The translations under genes and the position numbers were made by a program. A DNA stretch of 64,000 nucleotides from Octopus sinensis (taxonomy: Eukaryota), in contig NC_043004.1 of the NCBI RefSeq assembly GCF_006345805.1, positions 74,834,001 through 74,898,000 of the forward strand, written 5' to 3'. Positions within the stretch are counted from its first letter, which is position 1; each line of letters begins with the position of its first letter. The notes under the pieces were generated by a model. The model was not told where the DNA came from. It searched no databases and worked only from the letters and a program-made list of their open reading frames with translations. Shown piece by piece: positions 11,900 through 25,117 of this stretch.

Positions 11900-12119
11900 T
11901 ACGAGAGTGTGCTGAAACTTCCAGGCTTTGCGAGTATCGCGAAAGACCTGGTCTGAAGCCCAGCCTTTCGAGTCCTTTTTACAGGGCTTATAAAAACTGA
12001 AGGACAACTGCAGAAAGTGTGTGAATCTGAGAGGGAATATTTTGTATAAAATCATAATAAACTGATCTTCCTGTATTTTCTTCTACCGAAAGCCAGGAAC
12101 TTTTCAGCACCCCTTCGTA
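11900..12119. mobile_element. Mariner-derived MITE
   Basis: TA-flanked TIRs tacgagagtgtgctgaaacttccaggcttt / aaagccaggaacttttcagcaccccttcgta. Confidence 0.8.
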
Positions 12120-12269
12120 TATCTGCCTGCTTAATGATGAACCACTTATAGGCATTCTTTGCTCGACAGCTACAACACCACTTTTGTTACAATTCAAGAG
12201 GGACTTTTTTAGTGATAAACAAAACCAAGCACTTATCGGACGCACCTACGACATTACGTCACTAGGCGG

Positions 12270-12318
<49 letters not shown>

Positions 12319-12366
12319 AACGCACACGTGTATGTATGCATGTATGTATGTATGTATGTGTGTATG

Positions 12367-12413
<47 letters not shown>

Positions 12414-12414
12414 A

Positions 12415-12454
<40 letters not shown>

Positions 12455-12456
<2 letters not shown>

Positions 12457-12668
12457 TCTTTTACTCATTTATTTGTTTCAGTCCTCTGACTGCGCCCATG
12501 CTAGAGCGCCGCTTTTAGTCGAACAAATCAACCCCAGAACTTATTCTTTGTAAACCTTGAACTTATTCTATCGGTCTCTTTGTTCGAACAGGGACGTAAA
12601 CACACCAGCATCGGTGATGGTGAAGACAAACACAAGCACACGAACATATATATGTATATGTATGTATG

Positions 12669-12712
<44 letters not shown>

Positions 12713-12935
12713 CAAATACAAAAATGGGACAAGAACGCAAAACATCCAGACAGACAATACAAAGAAAAGAGTGACAGGTCATTCGGAGTTTTCTTTCCTC
12801 AGTCTAATTCCAGATTATCTTTGAAACTTCGGCATACAACGGGCTTCTTTCGGTTTCCACTCACAAGGCTTTGCCCGTGCCGAAGCTATACCAAATGGTA
12901 CTTGCCTAAGGTGCCACACAGTGGGACTGAACCCA
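12455..12935 (-). mobile_element. SINE family A interrupted by (TA)n and another repeat fragment (~12710-12830)
   Basis: Family-A tail at 12455-12640; core and head at 12835-12935. Confidence 0.75.
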
Positions 12936-13221
12936 ATATACGCGCGCGCACAAACACACACACACACACACACACACGCGCGCGCATATATATCTGTATT
13001 ATTCTCTATAAGAATACTGTTCGAAGTTTCGGCCTGCTTATCTTTCATCGGACAATTCAATGAGGGCTAAACACGCTGAAACTTCGAAGTCACTGTCGGC
13101 ATTATTCCTGTTAATCAATGGTAAATATGTACTCTACAAAAAGTATTGAGTCATTCTTCAATTCATTGTAAAATTGTTTTTATTATAACTGATCATAAAA
13201 ACAAACATTAATACACACACA

Positions 13222-13252
<31 letters not shown>

Positions 13253-13418
13253 TAAACATATAAAGACTCACTGGCACATTCATTATGCATGCCTTATCTA
13301 AAAGAAACAGCGAATACTTATTTTAATTCGTAAATATTTCTGATACTTCACCATGTTTGATTTTCACGCTATCTAAAATCTTTACAGCCTCGCAATATTT
13401 TATAATGTATTGATAACT

Positions 13419-13954
13419 TACCGTAAATCCCCGAGTATCGTCTCCCTTGGGTATAATACGCAAGGAAGTTTTAGGGGGCTGTTCCTCAGAAAAACCTAAA
13501 CCTTGTGTATAATACACACCCCTTTTCTAACTTGAGTCGTGGGTAATTAAGCCAGTAGCACCTAGTCGAACAAACACTTCCGCGCATGCGTAATAGAATA
13601 ATGGTAATGTTCTTAACTGTTATATGGAATGTAAATATGTTTGCAATTGTTTTTGTTACATGTAATTCCGTGTTCTGAATACTTTTATTTTAATAAATGT
13701 TCTTTTCTGCAAGTTATAGATGATTCTTTTATGACTTCATTGCTTTCAGGCTTAGCTTAAGGTATTTTCGCGCCCGACATCACAAAATGCGTCTGAATAA
13801 ACAAAAAAAAAAAAACACTGCCGGTCAGCAAATAGAGACGCGTACATTGCTTAGAAAATAATTTTCATTGTTAACCTCGTATATAGCACGCACTAGGGTT
13901 TTTGACCTTTAAATTTTGGGGAAAAATGCGGATTATACTCGAGGATTTACGGTA
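13419..13954. mobile_element. Non-autonomous pogo/Tigger-like TIR element
   Basis: TIRs taccgtaaatccccgagtat / atactcgaggatttacggta. Inverted sister copy at 42583-43098. Confidence 0.85.
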
Positions 13955-14484
13955 TTTCCTTTGATAGTTTTGTAAACGTATACATTACGTTCTCATTCGA
14001 CACATAGCAACTGAGAGAAAGCTTTGGATTTTGTGTTTTTTAATTCCTGCTTCGTAACTAACAAAACTTCTATTACTTTCAATACTTCTTGTGTACGTTT
14101 TAATGAGACTCGTTTAATGTGTCACATATTCCTTGCACATGAGATTTTGTTTGCGAATTCGAGAGCAATCACAAGAGTGCAAACTTCTTATCTGCTTCTG
14201 CTTCTTTCTCTCTTTTGATTCATAATTAACTTTCATTACACTTGTTTGGCGTAATCTAAATAGTTATTTCTATTCTAAACGATGGGAGGAAACAAATGAA
14301 GGCGATTTGATCGCAGCTGATTGCTTGTATAAGGAGTGTTACAAGTCTCTTTAACCTACATGTTGTTTTAGTCGGCTCATTGCAATTGCTGACGGAGAAG
14401 TATCTGGATAACATCCACAACATCATCCCTATCAACAAAACTCTCTCTCTCCCCCCCTCTCTCTCTCTCCTCTCTCTCTATATA

Positions 14485-14531
<47 letters not shown>

Positions 14532-14627
14532 GGCTCTGGTGCCCCATATATAACTAAAAGACTTCACCGGGTGATGCTATTGAGTTTTGACATGGCCTGG
14601 GCCAATACTGGCCGAAACCTATCAAAG

Positions 14628-14682
<55 letters not shown>

Positions 14683-14686
<4 letters not shown>

Positions 14687-15101
14687 ATCTTTTCGGTTTG
14701 AACGGCAGTTTTTTTTAATAATTTCCATGTAACTAAACACTTTTAAACTTCGTATACTGGTAGAATGTGTTTATAAAACATCGTTTTCTCTTGTCTTTAT
14801 TGAGAAATTTCTATAGTTTGTAAGATATTTGTTGTTGTTTTTCTTCAATTTCTGCAATTTCAACCAATCAATGACGTCAATTGAGGTGAAAACATTCTGT
14901 GCCGTATGAATATGTCCCTCGTTTAAGAAACAAAATGGGTTTATTTACATTTCTGAAGAAAAAAGATACCCTTTCCCCCACCCTAACCCTAACCCTAAAA
15001 CAGATTGAAATGCAATAGATCGATACTAGGGTCATAATTATGGGTGATAATTTCATATGACACCGCTAGAAAAAACTGCCGGTCAAACTGAAAAGATCCT
15101 A
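14683..15101. mobile_element. MITE with ~30-bp TIRs and internal (CCCTAA)3
   Basis: taggatcttttcggtttgaacggcagttttt / aaaaactgccggtcaaactgaaaagatccta, in a (TA)n context. Partial inverted copy at ~20100-20367 has an internal 27-bp triplication. Confidence 0.85.
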
Positions 15102-15424
15102 TGTGTGTATGTATGTATGTATGTATGTATGTATGTATATATATTTATCTATCTATCTCCCTCCCATTCTCTTCCCGTCACTCTCTCCTTCTCTCCCCTT
15201 CTCTCTTAAGACTGTAGAATGTGGTTTGAGCGAAACCTGGTTACTATTTCTTTCATGTCAACCAACCTCATAGAGGTTCCCTCGTTGGCTCACTTAGAAT
15301 AACTGTTCGTTTATTGTGATGTGTGAGGCAGTGAGGGCATTTAATGACCTTTACATAAATGTTGTTTTTGTTGTTCTAATCGTTTGGCCAATATCGGTCC
15401 AGTAGATCTGCAATCATTATTATT

Positions 15425-15860
15425 CCGGCGGCGAGTGGGCAGAATCCTTAGCACCGCCGAGCAAAATCCTTAACGACATTTCGTCCATCATTACGTTCTG
15501 AGTTCAAATTCAACCGAGGTCGACTTTACCTTTCATCCTTTCGGGGTTGAACAAGTACCAGTCGATCACTGGGGTTAATGTAATCGACTCATCCCCTCCC
15601 CCCAAATTACTGCCCTTGTAGCAAAATTTGAAACCAATATTGTTCAAAAGGCGGCGAGCTGGTAGAATCGTTAGCACACCGGGCGGCATTTCGTCCGTCT
15701 TTACGTTCTGAGTTCAAATTCCGCCAAGATCGAATTTACCTTTGATTTTTTCATGAGTTCGATAAAATAAGTACCAGTCACGCACTGGTGGGGGGAGTCA
15801 ATGTAATCGACTAACTCCACCCCCGACTTTGCTAGTTTTGTGCCAAAACTTGTTACCGAT
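15425..15860 (+). mobile_element. Two tandem SINE family B copies
   Basis: ggcggcgagctggcagaatcgttagcac...ttctgagttcaaatt...tttcatcctttcgggg...aagtaccagt pattern repeated. Confidence 0.85.
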
Positions 15861-17587
15861 GTTATTCTAGCTGTGCCCTAACCAACTCTGTCTTTTTAGG
15901 AACACATAGGATTACATTATCTAATGTGTTCTTACAACAGGGGGTGATAGAAAACATTGCCTCAGAAAAGAAAACCGTAATAAGTAGACAGTCATGACCA
16001 TCACTACATCATCATAAAAATATTCGAAACAAAATCTTGTCACAGCCTCACGAGAACTCAGTGGCGTAACTAGTGTGTGTGCCGCCTGGGTCAGTCCTTA
16101 AGCTTGCCGCCCTTTTCTACTCGGGCTAATAGAGTTGAGCCCAAACTGCCACTCCCATGTAAGTGACGCCCGGGTAGACCGACTCCATCGCCCTCCCTAG
16201 CTATGCGAAAACTAGTCCAACAAACAGAATTAAAGTTGTTAGACTTCAACACCAATACAATTAGTTACATAATTAGTGTCTTATATACATTCATGAAAAT
16301 AATTGTAGAAAGCAAAAACAATAACGCTAACATACTTCTCAATTACAACCTTAATTATGTAATAATAATAGCCAAACCCGATGAAGATTAAAGGTAACCT
16401 TAAACACAACGCCCCAACACCATGCACAACAAGAGTAATGGCTTCAAATCTTGGCTGAAAGTCAGTATTTCGGGGAGGGATACGTAGAATATATCGATCC
16501 CAATATTAAAGCTGGTAGAATCGTTGGCACGCCAGGCGAAATGCTGCCGTTACGTTGTGAGTTCAAATTCCGCCGAGGTCGACTTTACCTTTCATCCTTT
16601 CGGGGTCGATGAATTAAGTACCAGTTACGCACTGAGGTCGATGTAATCGACTTAATACCTATGTCTGCCCTTGTTTGTCCCCTCTATGTTTAGCCCCTTG
16701 TGGGTAATAAAGAAATAGGTATTTTATTTTACCGACTCCGAAAGGATGAAAGGCAATTTCTCCCCCAGTGGCATTTGAACTCAGAACGTATAGACGAAAG
16801 AAAAGCCGATAAACATTTTTTTCCAGCGCAGTAACGATTCTGCCAGCTCACCACTTTAAACAGGAGAAACATCAATTAACATCAATTAACACAAATAAAT
16901 AAAAAACCAAAGTATATTAGGAAACTGGTAGAGTTCATTGTGCTTCAGAAATAAAAAGAAAACAAACAGTACAACAACGTACAAAACAATTTTTTTTCTT
17001 GAACCTTAGGGCTCATAAGACCAGTTACCCGATTTCCATGGGGCAAAGTGACCGAGATCACAACATGCACTTGAATGAGAGATACTGCTCCCTTAAAGGG
17101 TTCAAGACCAACAATTTTGAGACTATAGAACAAGTCGATAACATCGACCCTGGTAATCGATTGGTATTTTATATTATCGACCTGGAAGAGCTGACTGGCA
17201 AAGTTGCCGTCAATGCGATTTGAACTCAGAACGTAATGAGCCGGAAGAAATGCCGCTAGTCATTGCGTTCAATGTGCCAATGATTCCGCCAGCTGCCGTG
17301 CCTTACAGAACAATTAGCAACATCCTACTTATAACAACAGTCAGGTCACATCACACCACCCAGTAGCAATTTTATGTGATGTTATCAAGCAATAACAGCG
17401 AGCAAAATCATTCATTAAATAGGTTTTTAAAAAATTGATCAACAAAAGTAACACAAAGAATACAGAAACGAGAAACACGAGATTCATAACTTCATCTATA
17501 TCGTCACCGTGATCTGAATTTTCATTGGACAACAGGGAAGTTACGAAAATCCCTGAGCTAAAAAAAATCTCAGAATCTGACAGAATA

Positions 17588-18210
17588 TATTTCTTTACTA
17601 CCCACAAGGGGCTAAACACAGAGAGGACAAACAAGGATAGACAAACGGATCAAGTCGATTATATTGACCCCAGTGCGTAACTGGTACTTAATTTATCGAC
17701 CCCGAAAGGATGAAAGGCAAAGTCGACCTCGGCGGAATTTGAACTCAGAACGATAGCGGCAAACGAAATACCTATTTCTTTATTACCCACAAGGGGCTAA
17801 ACATAGAGGGGACAAACAAGGACAGAGATAGGTATTAAGTCGATTATATCGACCCCAGTGCGTAACTGGTACCTAATTTATCGACCCCGAAAGGATGAAA
17901 GGCAAAGTTGACCTCGGCGGCAATTTGAACTCAGAACGTAACGACAGACGAAATACGGCTACGCATTTCGCCCGGCGTGCTAACGTTTCTTATTTCTTTA
18001 TAGCCCACCAGGGCTAAACATAGAGGGGACAAATAAGGACAGACAAAGAGATTAAGTCGATTACATCGACCCCTGTGCGTAACAGGTACTCAATTTATCG
18101 ACCACGAAAGGATGAAAGGCAAAGTCGACCTCGGCGGAATTTGAACTCAGAACGTAGCGGCAAACGAAATACCACTAAGCATTCGTCCGGCGTACTAACG
18201 TTTCTGCCAA
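17588..18210 (-). mobile_element. Head-to-tail trimer of SINE family B
   Basis: Three ~190-220 bp units of tatttcttt..cccacaaggggctaaaca..gaaaggatgaaaggcaaagtcgacctcggcggaatttgaactcagaacg. Confidence 0.9.
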
Positions 18211-20724
18211 AATCATCGATGCTTGCATGAATTTTTGCATTTACCAACACCCCATCGTCTATCAAATAGACACTAAATCCGCCAAGTCTATTCCACATTT
18301 GGCCACCACGGAGATACAAAACTAGAATCCAAATAATCTATCACGTATCATTCAAGCTCGTCCTGTGTCTCTAATCTCTTTATAACGACCCTCAATAAAC
18401 TACGAATAATTCAAAATAGCTCACTTCACACTTCACACCGAAATCTAAGGAGCCCAATATCCACCGTTGTAAGGGTCTAATTGGTAGAATCGTTAGCAGG
18501 TCGGATAAAATGCTCAGCAGCATTTAATCTGGATTTTTACGTTGTTCCAAGTTCAAATTCCGTCGAGGTCCACTTTGCTTTTCATCCTTTCGGGGGTCGA
18601 TAAAATAATTGGGATCGATGTAATCGAAGTAGTCCTTTCTCTTAAAACTGCCTTGTAACAAAATTTGAAACCATTATCTACCACTATATAAAGAGTTACA
18701 CCTCGCACCCTAAGAACAAAGCACTCCTAAACGCATCTCTCTCTCTCTCTGTTTCTCTCTCTATTATATAGGGGTGCATTTAATTTCGGGTATGGATTAT
18801 CTGTGTGTTGACTTGATTATGTAATGATTGCGGCTATAGAATATATGATTTATAGGTTGCTACGTTATTGGTTTAGTTTCACATTTTGACACACGACCAG
18901 TAATTTCGTGGGGGCGGGGTCGATGTAATCGACCCCAATTCTCAACTGGTACTTATTTTATCAACCTTGAAAGGATGAAAGGCAAAGTTGACCCCGACGG
19001 CATTTGAACTTAAAGTCTGAAGAAATATTGCTAAGCATTTGCCCCGGCGTGCTAAAGATTCTGCCAGCTCCCTGCCTTAGTGTGTTATATTATTGGCTGA
19101 TTGGCTGTGATTTTGTGGAGTTCATCCTGTGTCGGTTGTAGAAATGTTTTGAGTGATGATTTCGCGAATTGTTCTTTGTAGAGATTTTGTATTGTGTGAG
19201 TTGGAATAGTACGTTGTGGCTGTGTGACATGGCACCTTGTGCAAGAGTTTTCAACTATAACCTCGGACCGACCAATGACTTGCGAGTGGGATTTAATAGA
19301 CAGAAACTGAAAGAAGCCAGTCGTATATGTGTATGAGTGCGTGCGTGCGTGTATGTGTGTGTGTCCAACCACCGCTTGACAACCGATGCTGGTGCGTTTG
19401 TGTCCCTACAAGGTTCGATTCGGTCGACTAAAATTCTTCAAGGCGGTGCCCCAGCATGACCGCAGTCTAATGATTGAAACACGTAAAAGATTAAAGAATA
19501 AAAAGATAACAAGCGAGTTGTGCATCGCAAAGTTATTTTTTGTATCCTATACAGAGTTGTGAAACTTGATGTAGCTTTTATACATTTCTTCATGTTTTTA
19601 GTTATCACAACTAACGCTGCAATTTTCATTGACTTTTAAGCCTTGCATCAGATTAAGATTTCTATTTCAAGTTACTTGTATTTTCACACTTTCTCGACTT
19701 TCTCGCGAATGAATGTTTTGCTCAGAAGGGTTCGAGGTATCTATCATGATGCAGAGGTTTTTGTTCCCTTCCTTGTAGGTTTACTTTGAGATCCTTTGTC
19801 AGTCTGTACGGTTATGTATGTCCGGGGTTACAATACCTATGTACTAGTTTCGTTTTAAATCATTTCAAAGGTACATTTTGCTTTATTTTTTTTCTCATTG
19901 TATTCCTCACGTTCTAGTTATCTCTATTTACAAATGTTTTCTCCAATTCGTTACTGTGTACCGTTTTTGGTGTATGCTTCCATTTGTCATTCCTTATTCG
20001 TTTTGATGTCGAAGCTGTCTGTATGTTGCCCAAGGGATATAGTCGCTTCTCAACAGTGTCTGCTGATAAACTCGATCTTAGTGTGGAGAGGGCAACTAGA
20101 AATGACGTGATTAGCTGTCCTACTGATTGGTTGAAATTGCAGAAACTGAAGAAAAAAAACAACAAATATCTTACAAACTATAGAATTTTCTCAATAAAGC
20201 CAAGAGAAAAAGATGTCTCAATAAAGTCAAGAGAAAAAGATGTCTCAATAAACCCAAGAGAAAAAAATGTTTTATAAACATATTCTACCAGTATACGAAG
20301 TTTAAATGTGTTCAGTTACGTGGAAATTATTTTAAAAAAAACTGCCGTTCAAACCGAAAAGCTCCTATTCATTTTCTCTTGTTAATTTTATTGTATAACG
20401 CCACGTCAACCAACATTGAATCCAACTATAATTAAAAGCACTCTAGTCTTGATAGCCCGGTGTTTTTTTCTTGTTTTTTTTTTATAAGACTCTTCCAGAT
20501 AACATTGACTCTTTGGAATTAGTTCCTTCTTATCTTCTTATTCGTGTTTTCTTTCTTTTTTTACCTGCTGTCATCAGTTTACTTTTCAATTATTAAACAC
20601 AAAGGCCTTTTAAACACCCCTTTTCTGTAAACAAAGCCAATAACCACGCAACTTCGCACAAACACACACACACACACACGTTTTTACATTACATTTACTT
20701 GCAATTAAATGAAATATCGTGCCA

Positions 20725-20885
20725 ACGCAGGAGTGGCTGTGTGGTAAGTAGCTTGCTTACTAACAGCATGGTTCCGGGTTCAGTCCCACTGCGAGGCACC
20801 TTGGGCAAGTGTCTTCTATTATAGCTTCTGGCCGACCATAGCCTTGTGAGTGGATTTAGTAGACGGAAACTGAAAGAAGCCCGTC

Positions 20886-20927
<42 letters not shown>

Positions 20928-21108
20928 CTTGACAACCGATGGTGACGTGTCTACGTCCCTGCAACTTAGTAGTTCGGCAAAAATGACTGATAGAATTATG
21001 TACTAGGCTTACAAAGAATAAGTACTGGGGTGAATTTGTTCGACTAAAGGCGGTGCTCCAGCATGGCCACGATCAAATGACTGAAACAAATAAAAGAATA
21101 AAAGAAAA
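20725..21108 (+). mobile_element. SINE family A, full length
   Basis: Intact head, (TA)n centre, tail aaagaataaaag. Confidence 0.9.
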
Positions 21109-21528
21109 CGTATAAAAACTACAAACATCTGCTCGGATTACGAAATGTTCACAAACGTTAAAGCGTCACGCAAAATGCTTAACAGTCTTTGTTCAAATCC
21201 TCTTCCTTAAGTTCTGAGTTCAAACTTTTCCCAACGCGGTTAATATTGCTCTTTATCATTCTACAGTGGGATCGATAAAATAAAGTACTAGATCGATATA
21301 ATCACATAAACCTGGCCTTGACATTTGTGGCTTTGCATTTATATTAGAAACGATTATTTTTAAATCTACATCGTTGGTTTCCTCTCTTTTGCTACCAAAA
21401 CCCGTTTTTCTAAATCAATAAATATCAACGACATATTTTTAAATGGTGAGTTTGCATATCTGCGCGTTTGCTGAAGATCATCGTTGCGTTATTGGTCGTT
21501 AGCAAGGATGACGCAGTATCCTTAAAGT

Positions 21529-21850
21529 CAACTTTGCCTTTCATACTTTCGGGGTCGATAAATTAAGTACCAGTTACGCATGGGGTCGATGTAATCGACT
21601 TAATACCTATGTCTGTCCTTGTTTGACCCCTCTATGTTTAACCCCTTGTGGGTAATAAAGAAATAGGTATTTTGTCTGCCGTTACGTTCTGAGTTCAAAT
21701 TCCGCCGAGGTCGACTTTGCTTTTCATATTTTCGGGGTCGATAAATGAAGTACCAGTTACGCACTGTGGTCGATGTAATCGACTTAATCCGTTTGTCTGT
21801 CCTTGTTTGTCCCCTCTGTGTTTAACCCCTTGTGGGTTGTAAAGAAATAT
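21529..21850 (+). mobile_element. 5'-truncated SINE B dimer with a 13-bp TSD
   Basis: GTATCCTTAAAGT at 21516-21528 and 21851-21863. Confidence 0.88.
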
Positions 21851-21882
21851 GTATCCTTAAAGTGAATATAAGATGGTGCTCC

Positions 21883-22253
21883 TTTGGCGTGTGATCTACA
21901 AAGGAGATTACTCTAGGTTACTTTTTAATTATTTTGCACATACTTAGCATTTTAAATGTATTTTTTCGAAATTCTTACTATTTCAATAACAAGAAAACCA
22001 TATAATAATTAAAAATATGCACGTAGATCACCAACCAAAGTAAATTTGCTCACATAGATCACACAGAATTTAGCACCAACACAAGTAACCTAAAGTAATT
22101 TCTCTTTAAATTATAGATCACACGGCAAAGTGACACCTTTCTTTTTCATTGGAAATGATGTGAATTTAGTGCCGGTTTCTTGTAAAAATGCAAAATTGAA
22201 AAGTAAACTAAAAAGTAAGCTAAAGTAATCTCCCTTGTAGATCACACGCCAAA
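21883..22253. mobile_element. MITE with ~33-bp TIRs
   Basis: tttggcgtgtgatctacaaaggagattactctag / ctaaagtaatctcccttgtagatcacacgccaaa, with internal TAGATCAC repeats. Confidence 0.85.
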
Positions 22254-22414
22254 ATTCTATTCTATTTATAGAAAACTAAGCATATAAAAGCAGTCAATCC
22301 GACGGCAAGGGTTCCCATTGATCCGATCAACAGAATAGCCTGCTCATGAAATTAATATGCAAGTGACTGAGCACTCCAAAAACAGGAGTACTTTTAACTC
22401 ATTTAGAGATTACA

Positions 22415-22900
22415 GACCTTGTCAACAATCACAAAACGCAGCATCCTTAACATGTTCGTGAAGACGGTTTTGTTGTGCACGTGTGAAACAGCGAATTACT
22501 TAGCTCCCCATCAACAAGCGTCAAACGATTGCGAATGAATGTCTCTTGAACATCCCTCGGGTGAGATAGCAAAGCAGATTCACCAACAAAATCTTGTAGG
22601 AACAGGCTAACCAGCAACCTATTGAAACTCAGACCAAGAGGATGAAATGGGGTAGGTTGGGACACATTGTACAGAAACCTGTATTCAGCATTTCAAAGCA
22701 ATCCCTCCGATGGATACCCCAGGGGAGACGGAAGCGTGGCTAACCAAAACCAGCGTGGAGGAGGTCCACAGAAACTGAAGCACAATGGTTGGCGGCTATA
22801 CCTGCTGACAACTGTAATCCATTGCAAAAGCAAGACAGATGGTGGGGAGCGTTTGTTGGTGCCGGGTTCTCCGCGTGGAATCAAAGGAATTAACATAACA
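22415..22900 (+). mobile_element. Degenerate RTE-clade LINE 3' fragment
   Basis: Translates to QQPIETQTKRMKWGRLGHIVQKPVFSISKQSLRWIPQGRRKRG*PKPAWRRS, a typical RTE post-RT segment. Confidence 0.75.
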
Positions 22901-23119
22901 AATGATCTGTTGAAACCGTTATACTGTTTCTAATTGTATAACATATTTATGAATGTGTAAACATTTGAGTATTAAGTTAGGAAACGGTGGAATACTTATG
23001 AATGTCTTATATTTTATCGATCATTTCAAAACTATAACATTTTGTCTTCGTTATCCTTTCCGATTATATCCCATGGAAATTGCTGATCTACATCGTCGTA
23101 CATTTTTACGAAAGTGGAT

Positions 23120-23410
23120 TAGACAGAAAATATTATAAGATTTGCCGTGTGAACAAAAACAAAGCCAATGCCACAGAATCAAGTCGTAATGAGAGAGTAG
23201 AAATAGTTTATTATAGCGAAACTGTTGACCTTCAACGGTTGATCTTTGTCAATGGAGTAGACACAAATATTATAAGACTTGCTGTGTGAACGAAAACAAA
23301 TCAACGCCACAGAGTCAAGTCGTAATGAGAGAACAGAAATAGTTTATTAGAGCAAAACTGCTGACCTTCCACAGTCAGTGTTTGTCAGATAACAATGAAA
23401 TTATAAGATC
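23120..23410. repeat. Diverged tandem duplication, ~137-bp unit
   Basis: aatattataaga..gtgtgaac..gccacaga.tcaagtcgtaatgagaga..agaaatagtttatta occurs twice. Confidence 0.85.
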
Positions 23411-23826
23411 AACAAATCTCCAGAGAAATTTTATTGTGATGGTAGTGAGAAAAGATACTCATAAAAAATATAATTATTTGAGAAAAAAGAAACATAGAAA
23501 GAAAATAGAAAATATTACCTATTTTGGAGATTTTACACGACATAGAAATTTATATATTTCGACAGAAGTCAACAAGGGAGTCTCTACGTAGCCATTCGAC
23601 GGGCTAGAAATAGTAGCTAAATATATTTCAAATTACGCACAATGCAACAAGAGTTAAATAGTCATGGCGAGATCGTCATGTCTAGACCGTCTTTGATCCT
23701 AGGTCTGCTCACTTTGGATTTACTTGTATGTCTGTCTGTCTGTCTGTATGTATGTATGTATGTATGTATGTATGTATGTATGTATGTATGTATGTATGTA
23801 TGTATGTGTGTGTGTGTGTATGTATA

Positions 23827-25117
23827 TATGAGGGGTGTTCATTAAAGATTTCCCCTAACCCACTTCCCAAGGACTGGGGATAAATGAAACTTAGCGTAAT
23901 TATTAATCCTTTTTCACCAATGGTGATACACTTCTCCCATCGCTTTTCGCAGCTGTGAAGACCTCGTTTGTCGAAGTCTGGAGCCAAGACTTTACCTCGG
24001 AAATAAGTTTATCCTTATCCAAAAAGTGCTTCCTTTTCGAAAAATACTTCATGGTTGGAAAAAGGTGGAAGTCAGATGGTACGAGGTTGGGAGAGTAAGG
24101 AGGATGAGGAAGATTCATCTGGGCAACATACTTTCATCTGGGCAACAAGTACATTGTGAACTGGGGCGTTGTCGTAGAGGCGGCGGACCCCTTTGGTCAG
24201 CATGCCACGCCTCTCTGCTTTGAAGGCATCTTGCAATTTCTTTAGCAGAGAAGCATAATATGCCTCGTTAACTGTGGTGCCCTTCGACAGAAAATCCATC
24301 ATTACTACTCCACACTAGTCCCAAAAAGATTAAGCATCACCTTGCTTAATCTTAATGGCACGTGTCCAATCTTGCTGAAGATTGGACACGTGCCATCTTT
24401 GGCGGTGGTGCGTTATCATGCTTTCATTACTTCGACTAGACTTTAATCTCAGGATCATAATGATGGACCCATATTCCCTCCTGTGTGATAAGTCTGCCGA
24501 AAACGTCCTCCTCGTTTTCTTGGCACATTGCCAAAAGAGCCTAGGAGCAACTGACTCGTTCCTGCTTCTGAAAAGGTGTGAGTATCCGGAGAATTCACCG
24601 TGCAGACAACTTCCGCATCGGCAAATCATGAATGATTTTTTTCACAGACCCTACACTTATCTTCACTTCTTGGGCTAGTTGCCGAATAGTTATGCGGTGG
24701 TCCTCCAAAATGGCGGCTTCCACTTTATGGATAGTGGCGCCATCAATGACGGAATGTGATTGTCCAAGAATAGAAGCAGTTTCTACCGATGCCCAACTAC
24801 ATCTGAATTGGTGATACCAGTGCTTAACTACGTCGGATGATAGTGCATCATCACCATAAACTTCTTTTATCCTATCGCCAGTCTCTTTTGGTGTACGACC
24901 TTTCAGGTATAAAAACCTGATCACTGATCTGCATTCAACTACCTCCATTATTACACGTTAGTCCACTCCAGCAGCCGTAAAAGACAAACGAATACGAGAG
25001 GAAAGCTGAAATTCACAAGGTGACATTTTGAGACATGTATAATCATACCTGTACAAGTTCTGTTTCCTGAATAACTGGAAATGGGTCAGAGAAAAATTTT
25101 ATGGAACACCCCTCGTA
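23827..25117 (-). mobile_element. Full-length degenerate mariner (~1.29 kb), transposase pseudogene
   Basis: TA-flanked TIRs (tgaggggtgttc / gaacacccctcg). Frameshifted ORFs MEVVECRSVIRFLYLKG..., YDNAPVH and LPHPPYSPNLVPSDFHLF. Confidence 0.93.

Noticed and set aside
14980-14999. (CCCTAA)3 telomere-like repeat
   Set aside because: Only three units, internal to a TIR element; not an interstitial telomere.
19984-20277. ORF with SIKxREKDV repeats
   Set aside because: It arises from a 27-bp triplication inside a MITE fragment.
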